Positions 42,437 to 52,997 of a stretch of DNA of 64,000 nucleotides are shown here, one piece after another (position 1 is the first letter of the stretch; each line of letters opens with the position of its first letter). The notes under the pieces are model-generated. The model did not search any database and was not told the DNA's origin. It saw nothing but the letters and a program-made list of their open reading frames with translations. Position numbers and translations under genes: made by a program. The stretch is from Nitrospinales bacterium (GTDB lineage: Bacteria > Nitrospinota > Nitrospinia > Nitrospinales > JAJDAT01). The stretch covers positions 18,049 through 82,048 of the forward strand of contig JBHHYO010000003.1 of assembly GCA_046757665.1 (NCBI GenBank), in the 5' to 3' direction.

Positions 42437-43771
42437 TTAATTATCGGCAATTACCTTTTCCCTGTCAACCATTTCTTCCTTGATCTTGATTTTCTCCATC
42501 AGGCGGTCCAAGGTTTTTTCACGAATCATGCGGGTTCGCAGGCGGGCCACGGTGCCGTTTTTCTGCCAGTCCCTCTGGGTTTTTTTCGGGGTGTTGGCGC
42601 CGATGACTTTGAGAAAACTTTTGATTTCCCGGTTGAGTTCGTTTTCGCCGACTTCGATGCCGAGGTCTTCGGTGAGTTTGCCGATAATGATTTCCTGTTG
42701 CAGGATTTTGATGGCCGCCTCACGGTGGGCGCTCTCGTCTTCAGCGGAAACCGGCAAGGCTTTTCCGGGCGTCCGGCCCGATTCGCTCTCCGCGCCCGAA
42801 CGGCTTTTGGCACGCTCCGCCATGAAGCGGATCTGCTCCTGCACCAGGGTTTCCGGCACGTCAATGGGATTCATTTCCGTCAGGGTTTCGGCGAGCCGTT
42901 TTTTCACCAGTTTTTTGGCGGCCTTGTGCTCTTCCTCTTCCAGCAGGTCACGGATTTTGGTTCGCATCGCCGCCAGGTCCGCGAATTTCCTTTCCGGGTC
43001 GGCGGTGCGGGCAAACTCGTCGTCCAACTCGGGCAACTGCTTTTCTTGTATTCCCTTTAGCGTCACCTGGAAATCCAGCGTTTTGCCGGCGATTTCCCGG
43101 CCGGGATAATCGTCCGGCGCTTTAATCCGGATGTCCCGGGTTTCGCCGATGTTCATGCCGACGAGCTGTTCCTCAAACCCTTCAATGAACCGCTTCGCCC
43201 CCACTTGCAGGATATGCTCCTTGCCTTCCCCGCCGGCAAAAGGCTTGCCGTCCATCGTACCCTTGAAATCGATTTTGACAAAATCCCGGTCCCGGACCGG
43301 CCGGTCCGTCACCGGAACGCTTTTGGCGGCACGGTTTCTGTAATGCTCGATCACTTTCTCCACGTCCTCGTCCGTCACCCGCGCAATTTTCATTTCCATT
43401 TCAATGCCGGCGTAATCCTTGATCGCGATTTCAGGAAAAACTTCCACCATGGCGGAAACCCGGATATCCGTGCCCTCCTCGGCCTGCACGTCGATATCGG
43501 CGGGCAACCCGGCGGCATTGATCCCCTTCTCCTCAATGGCGGCATGAAGGCTTTCGGAAATCAACTGGCTCAAGACCTCCTTCCTGGCATCCGGCCCCAC
43601 CATTTTTTCGATGATGGATTTGGGAACCTTGCCCTTGCGGAAACCGGGAATTTTCGCCTGGTTCCCAACCCGCATCAGATAGGCATCGACTTTTTGCCGA
43701 TAGACCTGATGGGGGATTTGCAGGGTCAGCTTCTTGGTGCAGGAATCAATGTCTTCGATTTCTATTTTCAT
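42437..43771 (-). CDS. tig: Trigger factor
   Basis: GFRKGKVP, FKBP domain, FIEGFEEQLVG; start at ATG 43771 downstream of tRNA. Confidence 0.95.
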   Translation of the reverse strand: MKIEIEDIDSCTKKLTLQIPHQVYRQKVDAYLMRVGNQAKIPGFRKGKVPKSIIEKMVGPDARKEVLSQLISESLHAAIEEKGINAAGLPADIDVQAEEGTDIRVSAMVEVFPEIAIKDYAGIEMEMKIARVTDEDVEKVIEHYRNRAAKSVPVTDRPVRDRDFVKIDFKGTMDGKPFAGGEGKEHILQVGAKRFIEGFEEQLVGMNIGETRDIRIKAPDDYPGREIAGKTLDFQVTLKGIQEKQLPELDDEFARTADPERKFADLAAMRTKIRDLLEEEEHKAAKKLVKKRLAETLTEMNPIDVPETLVQEQIRFMAERAKSRSGAESESGRTPGKALPVSAEDESAHREAAIKILQQEIIIGKLTEDLGIEVGENELNREIKSFLKVIGANTPKKTQRDWQKNGTVARLRTRMIREKTLDRLMEKIKIKEEMVDREKVIADN

Positions 43772-43790
43772 ATCCGATGGTTCGGCGGTA

Positions 43791-43870
43791 TGCGAGAGGG
43801 GGGATTCGAACCCCCACGGTTGCCCACTGGATCCTAAATCCAGCGCGTCTGCCAGTTCCGCCACCCTCGC
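43791..43870 (-). tRNA. tRNA-Leu(TAG), CCA not encoded
   Basis: Reverse complement GCGAGGG...CTGGA-TTTAGGA-TCCAG...GTTCGAAT...CTCTCGCA; typical position upstream of tig. Confidence 0.95.
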
Positions 43871-44021
43871 TGGTTAACGGCTTGCGCCCCAAGCCGGCAA
43901 AAATTTATTTTTCCATCTTTTGCGGCGATTGTCAATTTTACCGCCGCCGCCGAAATCCGGGAAAAGGCCGCGGCCCAACGGCAACCATCCGCAAACGTTC
44001 TCCAGCGATAACCGGTGTCTT

Positions 44022-44831
44022 TTACCTGTCTCGAGCTTTGATTTTCCTTTTCGTCGGGGCGAGGAAGGAGTCGGGCCGGTAAAACCCCTTGGACAGGGTG
44101 GTGTTGGGATAAATCCAGCTGTGCTTGCCCACCAGGGTGCCGGGACATGTAACGGTATTGCAACCCAGTTCCACATAGTCTCCCAGAACGGCGCCCAGTT
44201 TTTCCATCCCGGCGCTCATTTCCTCCCCGGACAATTGCAAGGTGATGGGATGAATGAACTCCTGATCCTTTTCCTCCGCCGTGCGGAATTGCAGATTGGC
44301 CAGGCGCGACCCGGCGCCCAGGTTCACGTAGCTTCCGAGTATGCTGTCGCCGATATAATTGAAATGGCCGGCTTCGGTGTGGTTCATCATGATGGTGTTT
44401 TTGAGTTCGGTGGCGTGGCCGATGACGCAACGGTCTCCCACCAGGGCGTTGCCGCGAATGTAGGCCCCCTGGCGGATTTCGCAGTTTTTGCCGATGACCG
44501 CCGGCCCCTTGATGATCGCCGTCGGTTCCAAAATCGTCCCTTCATCCAGGAAAATGCCGAGCTTTTCGAAATACACCGGCGCAACGGTCTGCGTCCAGTC
44601 GTTGATGAGAAGACAAGACTCCCGGTATCGGCCTTGCCGCGCGGAAAATTCCTTCTGCGTCGTACCCTCCAGAACACCGGCCCGGTTTTCCCCGCCGGAG
44701 ATTTCGGACAAAATTTTATCAAGCGCCTCGGCAAGGCATTTCAAGGGGTCCCAGATGAATTCGATATCCTCGAATATCTCCTTGTGAGCGAAATCATCCA
44801 GATGGTCGAAGTATGTGTCCTGGTTATTCAT
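44022..44831 (-). CDS. Left-handed beta-helix acetyltransferase (GlmU C-terminal-like, no nucleotidyltransferase domain)
   Basis: IKGPAVIGKNCEIRQGAYIRG, ELKN, HFNYIGDSILG, NLGAG. Confidence 0.8.
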   Translation of the reverse strand: MNNQDTYFDHLDDFAHKEIFEDIEFIWDPLKCLAEALDKILSEISGGENRAGVLEGTTQKEFSARQGRYRESCLLINDWTQTVAPVYFEKLGIFLDEGTILEPTAIIKGPAVIGKNCEIRQGAYIRGNALVGDRCVIGHATELKNTIMMNHTEAGHFNYIGDSILGSYVNLGAGSRLANLQFRTAEEKDQEFIHPITLQLSGEEMSAGMEKLGAVLGDYVELGCNTVTCPGTLVGKHSWIYPNTTLSKGFYRPDSFLAPTKRKIKARDR

Positions 44832-46971
44832 GACTCATTATACCAAGATACCATTTCCCCCGCGCCGCCAAACGGCAACCGTCTTCGTCCGCGCGAATCA
44901 GAAGTTGTTTTTGCATTTCAGCCAGGAGGCGGACGGCGACCGCCCGCTCCAGGCCGATTTGGCTCCCGCGCAAACATTTCCCCCGACACCGGCGCAAGAA
45001 GTCCCGTTCCCACCGGTAAAAGGGATTGCCCGGGTCTTTCATGGAGGAAAACAGGAGACGGACGACCTGTTCTCCGAGAGATTTCAATTTCCCGGCGCTT
45101 TTGTTCGTACCGCGCAGGTTGACGCCGATCTTGTTTTCCGTGCCCGAATTGCGGACAAACACCGCCGCTTCCGGTGGCGTTGCGCCTGCCGGGCGCCGCG
45201 CACCGGACGGTTGAACAGCAAGCAACATATAAAGCATGTCCGGGTCCTCGGGAAACGCCACGGTTCGACAACGCATCCCGCGCTCCCCGGCCCAGGCGGA
45301 AACCTGCCGTTTCACCAGCCGCCACACCCGGGAGTTTTTGCAAAACAGTTCCTTTTTGACGTAATAGGCATAATGCGTTTGCTTGAATCCCGGCGCAAAG
45401 GGAGGGCGGAACCATCGGGAAGGCGGCGTGGTACCGCGGCGGATCAAATGCGCCTCCGCCGAAAACGTGTTCAAGGCGCTTTTCAATCCGTTACCGGCAA
45501 ACACCTCGACCCGCTCGCCCGTTTCCCGCTCCAGCCAGGCCGATGTAACGTTGTGCCCGGTCTCCTCGCCGCCAACGGCAAAAAACGCCGACACATCAGC
45601 AACGCTTTTCGCCGGAACCCTCTTGTCCAGGGCCGTTTCGATGGCTTCCAGCCGCCTGACATCGAAAATTCCGCGCCTTTGAATTTCCCGAAACTCCCGC
45701 GCAAGACGATTGACGGCGCTCTTCTGCTTTGTGGAGACCGCATTTGCCGGAGAATTTTTCATCTGCCGGGCGCAAACATTCAACCGGTTTTCGATAAACG
45801 CGGCGGCGATACGCGACAAAATCCACTTGTCGCCCACCGGCGTAACGCGCGGCTTCAACCCCAGCTTGCCGGCGGCCGACGCGGCATTGAAATCGCTTTC
45901 CACGGTGTTCAGATAAATAAAGTCCCGGCGCCGGCCGGGGTCCCGCTCCAAAAGGTAACGCGCCTGAAGAAAAGCCGTCTCGTCGCCGCTTCGCACCAGA
46001 ATACTGTCCTTGAACGGATCATACTCCAGGAGGTAAAACCGGTCGCCGTCGGCGTCGAACACGGCCGCGCAAACACGGCATTTCCCCTGGCGGATGGCGT
46101 TTTGGCGTTTTTGTCCCAATCGCAAAAGTTTGGCAAGCGCGGTGTGCTTGCGGAACGCGCCCTTGCGAACCGCCTCCGGAGCAATGGAACTGTGTCCCTC
46201 CAGGTCCGCCACTCCGCCATGCAAATTCACGTCGCCGTTGAGCCGGTTGTTGACTTCAACGACTTGTCCGAACCCGGCCCGGTGAAAAATTTCCGCGGCA
46301 ATCCCCGTCAAGGATCCATTGGCCGGGTCCACGACCAGCACAATATCCTTGAACGATACCGAGCCTTGCCACGAGTTTTCCGGGTCCAGGGAGAAACGCA
46401 TGAAAAATTCCAGGGCGTCCGTCCGGCAGAAAATCCGTTTTCCCCGGAGCTTCTTTTGGACAATAGAGGAATAGTCTTGGGTTAAGATAGCGCCGGTCAG
46501 GTCGGCGTCATTGCGCGGCAGACTTTTCAGTCCCCGGTAGGAGAAAAACGTTTTGATGCCGTTTTGGTCCCGGGGGTTGTGGGAAGCGGTGATCATGAAT
46601 CCCCCGCCGGCTCTCTTGTACAGCATGTACAACGGCACGAGGGGCGTGGGGACCACCCCCACGACCAGCGCCGACGCGCCCGCCTTGCGCACTCCATTGA
46701 TTACCGCCTCGTTGAAAACGCCGCGCGTGTCGCGCGGGTCCCAGCCCACCACAATGGTGTCGCCGGGTTTCAGTTGCCCATCGGCCATGCACCGGTCAAC
46801 ATGGACGAAGGCGTAAAGCTCCATGAATTCCTCGGTAATCACCCGCCGGTCCAAAAAAGCTTCCTGGGGAGTGCAACCTTTTATGGCGGAAGCCGGCCGG
46901 GTCTCGCCGCGAACTCCATCGGTTCCCTGAAACCGGAAACCGGCGGGAATGTCGAAAGTTTGTTTTGCCAT
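44824..46971 (-). CDS. Phosphohexomutase (GlmM-like), unusually long
   Basis: GTDGVRG, TASHNP, DADGDR, GGEETGH, VRNSGTE. Confidence 0.85.
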   Translation of the reverse strand: MAKQTFDIPAGFRFQGTDGVRGETRPASAIKGCTPQEAFLDRRVITEEFMELYAFVHVDRCMADGQLKPGDTIVVGWDPRDTRGVFNEAVINGVRKAGASALVVGVVPTPLVPLYMLYKRAGGGFMITASHNPRDQNGIKTFFSYRGLKSLPRNDADLTGAILTQDYSSIVQKKLRGKRIFCRTDALEFFMRFSLDPENSWQGSVSFKDIVLVVDPANGSLTGIAAEIFHRAGFGQVVEVNNRLNGDVNLHGGVADLEGHSSIAPEAVRKGAFRKHTALAKLLRLGQKRQNAIRQGKCRVCAAVFDADGDRFYLLEYDPFKDSILVRSGDETAFLQARYLLERDPGRRRDFIYLNTVESDFNAASAAGKLGLKPRVTPVGDKWILSRIAAAFIENRLNVCARQMKNSPANAVSTKQKSAVNRLAREFREIQRRGIFDVRRLEAIETALDKRVPAKSVADVSAFFAVGGEETGHNVTSAWLERETGERVEVFAGNGLKSALNTFSAEAHLIRRGTTPPSRWFRPPFAPGFKQTHYAYYVKKELFCKNSRVWRLVKRQVSAWAGERGMRCRTVAFPEDPDMLYMLLAVQPSGARRPAGATPPEAAVFVRNSGTENKIGVNLRGTNKSAGKLKSLGEQVVRLLFSSMKDPGNPFYRWERDFLRRCRGKCLRGSQIGLERAVAVRLLAEMQKQLLIRADEDGCRLAARGKWYLGIMSHE

Positions 46972-47071
46972 AACTGGAGGAAAATCCGGAGGTTAAAAAA
47001 AAACAGTGGCTGATCTTAGCACAATGTATTAACCTTTTGCATGTCAAAGACATATCACCAAGGGAGAGCTT

Positions 47072-47338
47072 ATGGCTTACAAGGCAAAAGTAAAAAAAGA
47101 AAAACGTGAAGTGATTATCCGCACCAGCCAGGAGAAAATCGAGGGCCATGTTTTTATACGCGCCGGACTCCGTCTCATGGATATGCTGAACAAAGATGAA
47201 GAAAACTTTGTCGCGATGTCCGATGTCAACGTGTATTCCCTGCACACGGAGAGGCTGATCTTCGAGGCGGAGTTTCTGGTGCTCAGCAAAAACCAGATCG
47301 TGCTTATCGCCGAAAGCTACAAGATTCCTCGAACATAA
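47072..47338 (+). CDS. Small conserved-looking hypothetical protein
   Basis: GGGAG RBS; VIIRT..IEGHVF..RLMDMLN..FVAMSD pattern. Confidence 0.7.
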   Translation: MAYKAKVKKEKREVIIRTSQEKIEGHVFIRAGLRLMDMLNKDEENFVAMSDVNVYSLHTERLIFEAEFLVLSKNQIVLIAESYKIPRT

Positions 47339-47397
47339 AATCCGCTTACAATAACAAAGAGAGAAGAGGGCGCTCCACTTGACCCCTTTTGACTTTT

Positions 47398-49131
47398 CTA
47401 TTTTTTCCGCAAGCTCCGACGAGACTTGACTTTACTTGCGGACAATCCTAAAGCGCGGCCGTTGACGGCGAGCTTGCCGTTTTTGAAGGTAACGGCCATT
47501 TTATAATTACCCCCCTTTTTCTCCAGCAAACCAATCCCCTCCCACCGGTCCAAGGGAAAAGAGGCAAACCCATTTTTCAATGCGGGCACGGGAGCCGTCA
47601 AGGCGGCTTCGGCGTTCAAGGATTGAAAAACGGAAAACGGATTGGCCGGCAAGTCCAGACTGCCGGCATCGACGGAGATTTTTCCGTGACCGACGATCTC
47701 GCCTTCCGGCGTTTTCAGGCTCAGTTGCGCGACTTCCAGTTCCGGCGATTTTTTCAGCACGGCGCCCAGCAACGCCATCAGGTCCTGTTGTTTTGCGATG
47801 CCGGGACGGGACATCGCAGACAATTCCGAAAACTGGCCGCGTATTTTGCCGATCGAGGCGGCATCCAGACGGCGCACCTTGAAAGTCGCCGACCCCGGCC
47901 CATACCGCATTTTCTCAAAACCCGCCAACCGGGTTTTGACTTTGGCGGTGAAGTCCGCAAGCCCCGCCGCTTCCCGTCCGGAAAAGTCAAACTCCATGCC
48001 TTCCAGAAAATAGCTCCCGCCAGAGTCTTTCAATGAAACCCGATCCAGCGCCAGCGTCGCCGAGCGGCGGACAACTCCGCCGGAGTTTTTTTGCAGGGTT
48101 GCAGTGGCCCGGAGCGGACTGAGGGCCAACGTCCTCTTCCCACGGCTTTGCCGAAAAGGCCGTACCGTAAGGGAGCCGCGGATATCGGCCCGGTCCGCGG
48201 AAAACGACACTTGCCCCTCCAACCCTTGCCAACTCACCGTTGCGGGCTGGGCGGCGGAATTGGCGTACGCAGGCATTTTGAAACGGCTTTCGCCGCTACC
48301 GTCCAGACGAATTGTCGTTTGCACTTCAAGAGCGGGAACCGCGCCCGGCGAACTTTTCCCCGGACCGGGTTCGGGGGTGATTCGGCTGTCCACTCGTACC
48401 TGAGCCGTGGCATCCGCAAAGTTGCCTTTCGCGATTTCCTCGAACAGAAGAGGCCCGTGGGTGATCTCATGGTGCATATTGAATTTAAAAACCGCGACTT
48501 TGAGCAGGTTATCCGCCGAGGAACGCAACCACCCGCGCTCGAAATTTTTGTTGATCAAAATCGTATCACCGCTTTGGTAAACCTTTGCCGGGAGTTCGCT
48601 GAATTTCAACTCCACCTGCATACCGACCCAGTAGGGCAGTGCCGCCGCCACGGCAAGCAAGAGGAACACCGGGATCAAAACCCACCGGACGGACGAGGAC
48701 GATTTGGCGCGCGGCGCTTTTTCCCTCGGAGGAGGCGCGGGTTCCGCCGCCACCGGTTCCTGGCGCGTGGCGGGTTTCTTCTTCCTGAATCGGTCCAGCC
48801 AGGAGGCGCGCGGCGCTTCTTCCTTTGGGGGCCACAATTCTTCATGCGCCTTGACTACTGTTTCCTTCGGTTCGGCGGGCGGAGCCTCCTTCCGGCGCAC
48901 GGGGACCGGAACCCACTCCGTCTCGAACCCCAACTGCCGCAGGTACGTCTCGGCCTGTTCGACCTGCCGGTCGGCGATGTTCTTTTCAAACTCCCAGGGA
49001 ACGCCCTCGGAAACCTGCTGTATCACCTCCGCGGCGCGTTCCGGAGTCATGCGAAACACCTTGGCCAGACGGGTGCCGGCATTGTCCCGGTCGAGCCCCG
49101 ACCACTGAGTTAAAATGATGCGCTGGCTCAT
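47398..49131 (-). CDS. YdgA/DUF945-like protein with extra N-terminal cytoplasmic domain
   Basis: TM then PYWVG, FERGWLRS, HEITHGP, terminal FKNGKLAVNGR. Confidence 0.7.
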   Translation of the reverse strand: MSQRIILTQWSGLDRDNAGTRLAKVFRMTPERAAEVIQQVSEGVPWEFEKNIADRQVEQAETYLRQLGFETEWVPVPVRRKEAPPAEPKETVVKAHEELWPPKEEAPRASWLDRFRKKKPATRQEPVAAEPAPPPREKAPRAKSSSSVRWVLIPVFLLLAVAAALPYWVGMQVELKFSELPAKVYQSGDTILINKNFERGWLRSSADNLLKVAVFKFNMHHEITHGPLLFEEIAKGNFADATAQVRVDSRITPEPGPGKSSPGAVPALEVQTTIRLDGSGESRFKMPAYANSAAQPATVSWQGLEGQVSFSADRADIRGSLTVRPFRQSRGKRTLALSPLRATATLQKNSGGVVRRSATLALDRVSLKDSGGSYFLEGMEFDFSGREAAGLADFTAKVKTRLAGFEKMRYGPGSATFKVRRLDAASIGKIRGQFSELSAMSRPGIAKQQDLMALLGAVLKKSPELEVAQLSLKTPEGEIVGHGKISVDAGSLDLPANPFSVFQSLNAEAALTAPVPALKNGFASFPLDRWEGIGLLEKKGGNYKMAVTFKNGKLAVNGRALGLSASKVKSRRSLRKK

Positions 49132-49986
49132 CTAGTGATTTTTCCGGTCAAGAAACAATTTGTAATTCATGGCGTACTCTGCATCTATGACGGAAATCTT
49201 GCCGATCGACGGGTTGCCCGGCATATCCTGGTACAAATGGGCGTAGGGGTCTGCATCGGCAATCCTCAGTTCCATCAATTTGGCGTTCATCGGATCGTGG
49301 CGCAGGCAGGCCAGAGCATATTCATCCAACCCGAAACCCTGCGCGATTTTCCCCAGGGCGGTCTCCGGCGTATCGCCTTCCGCCATCAGTTTTTGAATTT
49401 CTTTTTCGATCTTGCGGTTCCGTTCCATCAGGCGGGCGTGGGGATAGTCCGGTTTGGACATGATCATGAAATCCAGATGGCTCCAGTAATTGTTGACAAA
49501 ATCGTCGAAATACACCTCGACACCCTTGCTGAGACGCAACTCATCGGCCTGCTCCCGCGAAGAAGACAACAGGTCGTTATAAAACTTCACCATATTATGA
49601 ACAACGTCGTAAACCACCATCCAGTGGTAAGAGTTCATGATTTCCAGGTCGCGGCTGTTTTCCATGGCGGTGATCAGAACGACCAGCATGGAATGCGCGT
49701 TTTCCATGTCCATGAAATGGGACGTCCAGGAATAATGATCCTGATACCAACGCGGAATATCGTCGGGGAACTCTTTCCGCCGGGAATCGGCGGGCGGACG
49801 ATAGTTGTTGTCCACGTAGCTCAACAGGTCGTCGAGGTCCTTGTAAGCCAGGTCCAGCGCGGACCGGACTATCGTGAAAGGAAACAGACTGCGTTGATAG
49901 TCCATGTATTCCTTCAGCCCCGGGTCGATCTCCTCCCGGGAATGTTTGTGGCCTTTTTTGCGTATGTCCTTGGCGAAAACCAGCAT
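49132..49986 (-). CDS. Hypothetical protein
   Basis: 284-aa ORF tightly packed between co-oriented genes. Confidence 0.75.
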   Translation of the reverse strand: MLVFAKDIRKKGHKHSREEIDPGLKEYMDYQRSLFPFTIVRSALDLAYKDLDDLLSYVDNNYRPPADSRRKEFPDDIPRWYQDHYSWTSHFMDMENAHSMLVVLITAMENSRDLEIMNSYHWMVVYDVVHNMVKFYNDLLSSSREQADELRLSKGVEVYFDDFVNNYWSHLDFMIMSKPDYPHARLMERNRKIEKEIQKLMAEGDTPETALGKIAQGFGLDEYALACLRHDPMNAKLMELRIADADPYAHLYQDMPGNPSIGKISVIDAEYAMNYKLFLDRKNH

Positions 49987-49992
49987 GAGAGA

Positions 49993-50481
49993 TTATTTGG
50001 CCGATCGAATGGATTCGCCGATTTTTTCCAGTTGCTTGCACGTCGTGCTGAGACCTTCCAGACGGATCGCTTGCAACTCGTTGCACAGCTTGAGAAAAGC
50101 TCTGAGGATATCGGTCGAGGTGATGATGCCCACCAGCTTCCCCTTGTGCAAGACCGGTAGCGCGTCGAATTTCCGTTTTGCCATAATGGCGGCGGCGGCG
50201 GCCCGTTGGTCCGGACCGATGGAAACAACCCTGCGGGTCATGATGTGTTTGACTTTCTTGCTCGGAAACGTAATCGAGCCGTCCGATTTATCAATCAACC
50301 TCTTTTGGGAGCCCAATATCTTCTTCAAGTCCCGGTCGGAAAGAATACCGACCAGGTCCCCATTTTCCAAAACCGGGATATGGCGTATGGCCTCGAAATG
50401 GAACAGGATAAACACCGAGTCGACATTGTCGTTTGGACTCAGGGTAATCACTTTTTTGGTCATCAGCTCTTTAACTTTCAT
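49993..50481 (-). CDS. CBS-pair protein
   Basis: VKELMT, IRHIPV, LVGILSDRD, LVGIITSTDIL. Confidence 0.9.
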   Translation of the reverse strand: MKVKELMTKKVITLSPNDNVDSVFILFHFEAIRHIPVLENGDLVGILSDRDLKKILGSQKRLIDKSDGSITFPSKKVKHIMTRRVVSIGPDQRAAAAAIMAKRKFDALPVLHKGKLVGIITSTDILRAFLKLCNELQAIRLEGLSTTCKQLEKIGESIRSAK

Positions 50482-50579
50482 GGCTCCTTGTCGGTTGATG
50501 GTTACGGGAAAAGGTTCGGCAACGTCCGCGGACGGCGGTTTGCAGGCTTGAAAGGCAAAAACGGCATGGGGCGCTCCGC

Positions 50580-51020
50580 TCAGGATTTGGGCTTGCTGAT
50601 TCGGGCGAATAATTCCAGAATACCGGCTTTCTGTTCGGCGGTCATATTCTCCGCCATTTTGCGGATTTCCGCAAGTTGTTCGGGCGTCAGCCTGGCCAAA
50701 TGTTCCTGTGCCAGCTCCTGAATATTTTCGATATTGACGATTTCTTTCAACCGGGAGAAATCCCGGCCGCCGCCCGGCTCGGTCGCGGGCTTTTGGGGGT
50801 CGGGCATGTGTTTTCCCGGCGCACGGAAAACCACGTAGTTGCCCTGGATTTCGCCGATAATTTGTTCGTTGCCCAGGTTCTTGAGAACCTGGTTTAACCC
50901 GGCGCCGTTTTTTTTACAGCAATCGTAAAGCGCTTTGAAAGGCAGACGGACGATCTTGTCCGGAAAACCGTTTTTGACAATCGACTGCTTGATGCGTTCT
51001 TCAACCGGTCCGGTTTCCAT
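50580..51020 (-). CDS. Hypothetical protein
   Basis: ORF with GAGA-type RBS and native-like composition; no recognisable motif. Confidence 0.65.
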   Translation of the reverse strand: METGPVEERIKQSIVKNGFPDKIVRLPFKALYDCCKKNGAGLNQVLKNLGNEQIIGEIQGNYVVFRAPGKHMPDPQKPATEPGGGRDFSRLKEIVNIENIQELAQEHLARLTPEQLAEIRKMAENMTAEQKAGILELFARISKPKS

Positions 51021-51210
51021 GGTTCTCACGTTAAAAGGCGATCAACTCCCATCAGGCCAGAGGCCGGGGTCTCCGGCGAACGACGCCGGGGAGGGTTGAA
51101 CGGTTGGCGCCTAATTGTAGTATAATCCGTCTGCCGGTTCCCACAAAAAACAAACCTGCATCCATCCGTTTTTGCGGATACGCCGCGACGGCAAGCTTGA
51201 AAGGAGGTTC

Positions 51211-52944
51211 ATGAACGCCGCTCCACGCCGGACTGCCAAAACCGCCGAACCCCTTTCGGTGCGGGTTGCCCTGGCGCAGGTCAACGCCGTTGTCGGAGAT
51301 TTCAAATACAACGCCGACAAGGTGAAAGCCTGCCTGCGCGAGGCCCGGCGACGGCAAGCCGACGTGATTTTGTTTCCGGAAATGGTCCTGACCGGGTACC
51401 CGCCAGAGGATTTACTGCTGAAACGGGATTTCGTATCGCGGAGTGCGCGGGCTCTGGAGCGCGTGGTTCCCTTCTGCAAGGGGTTGACGGCGCTGATCGG
51501 TTGCGTGGAACCCGCGGGCAAGGCGCTCTTCAACGCCGCCGCCCTGGTGGCCGACGGCAGGCTCATCGGCCGCTACCGTAAAATGCGCCTGCCCAATTAC
51601 GGCGTGTTCGACGAAAAACGTTATTTCAAGGAAGGCGCCACGCCCTGCCGGTTCGTCCAGAACGGCGTCACCTTCGGCGTCACCATTTGCGAGGACATCT
51701 GGGAGGAGCCCGAACAACGCCTGGACGTTGACGTGCTTCTGAACATTTCCTCGTCGCCGTTCCATACCGGCAAGGGACGCCTGCGCGAACGCCTGATCAA
51801 GAAGCGGGCCAGGCAGTTTGACGCCTATGTGGTTTACGCCAACCTCGTCGGCGGGCAAGACGAACTGGTGTTTGACGGACGCAGTCTGGTGGCTGACCCC
51901 GACGGCAAACTGATCGCCCGCGGCAAATCGTTCGAGGAAGAGTTGATACTGCTGGACCTGCCGGTGCCGCGTCCGAAACTCGCCCGCGCCGGCGGCAGGA
52001 AACGCAAACCCCTGCCCGGCGTCAAAACCTGGCGGATCGCCCGCCGCCCACCGGCCGCCCAAAAATCCCTGCCGCCCAGGCCCATGCGCGCCCCCGGCGG
52101 CATCGAGGAAGTGTTCAAGGCCCTGGTCCTGGGCACGCGGGATTACATCGTCAAAAACGGGTTCAAGACCGTGGTGATCGGCTTGAGCGGCGGCATCGAC
52201 TCCGCCCTCACGGCGGCGGTCGCCGTCGAGGCCCTCGGCGCGTCAAACATCGTCGGCATCCTCATGCCGTCGCCTTACTCGTCGGCGGGCAGTATCGACG
52301 ACTCCCGGCAACTGGCGGCCAACCTGAACATCCGCGCCTTCACCCTGCCCATCAAAGCCGCCATGCGCGCTTACGAAAAAACCCTGTCGCCGCTGTTCCG
52401 CGGCACGCCGCCCGGCATCGCCGAGGAAAACCTGCAAGCCCGGATACGCGGCAACCTGCTCATGGCCCTGTCCAACAAAATGGGCTGGCTGGTGCTGACC
52501 ACCGGCAACAAAAGCGAAATCAGCGTCGGCTATTGCACCCTGTACGGCGACATGGCGGGCGGCTTCGCCGTCATCAAGGACGTCCCCAAAACCCTGGTGT
52601 ACGAACTCGCCGAATATTTCAACCGGCAAAAAGGCACGGACGTCATCCCCCGCAACATCATCGAGAAAGAACCCTCGGCGGAACTGCGTCCGAATCAAAA
52701 AGACACCGACTCCCTGCCGGAGTACCCGGTTCTGGATGCCGTCCTGCGGCGCTATGTGGAAGAAGATAAAGGCGTGGAGGAACTGAAAAAACTCGGCCCG
52801 CCCAAAAAGGAAATCGAACGCATCGCCCGCCTCGTCGACCGCAACGAATACAAACGCCGGCAGGCCCCGCCCGGCGTGCGCATCACCCCCAAGGCCTTCG
52901 GCAAGGACCGCCGCCTGCCCATCACCAACCATTTCAAAGGCTAG
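51211..52944 (+). CDS. nadE: Glutamine-dependent NAD+ synthetase
   Basis: Nitrilase domain (FPEM, KMRLPNY, ICED) plus SGGIDS, ENLQARIRG, TGNKSE. Confidence 0.96.
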   Translation: MNAAPRRTAKTAEPLSVRVALAQVNAVVGDFKYNADKVKACLREARRRQADVILFPEMVLTGYPPEDLLLKRDFVSRSARALERVVPFCKGLTALIGCVEPAGKALFNAAALVADGRLIGRYRKMRLPNYGVFDEKRYFKEGATPCRFVQNGVTFGVTICEDIWEEPEQRLDVDVLLNISSSPFHTGKGRLRERLIKKRARQFDAYVVYANLVGGQDELVFDGRSLVADPDGKLIARGKSFEEELILLDLPVPRPKLARAGGRKRKPLPGVKTWRIARRPPAAQKSLPPRPMRAPGGIEEVFKALVLGTRDYIVKNGFKTVVIGLSGGIDSALTAAVAVEALGASNIVGILMPSPYSSAGSIDDSRQLAANLNIRAFTLPIKAAMRAYEKTLSPLFRGTPPGIAEENLQARIRGNLLMALSNKMGWLVLTTGNKSEISVGYCTLYGDMAGGFAVIKDVPKTLVYELAEYFNRQKGTDVIPRNIIEKEPSAELRPNQKDTDSLPEYPVLDAVLRRYVEEDKGVEELKKLGPPKKEIERIARLVDRNEYKRRQAPPGVRITPKAFGKDRRLPITNHFKG

Positions 52945-52997
52945 AAATTCCCAACCGTTCAATCAACTTGAACTATGTTCAGCAGAATGAACAGTTG

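Noticed and set aside
43772..43864. N-terminal extension of trigger factor (MAELADALDLGSS...)
   Set aside because: It is the translation of tRNA-Leu(TAG)
44815..46485. 556-aa plus-strand ORF
   Set aside because: Antisense to the phosphohexomutase; no motifs
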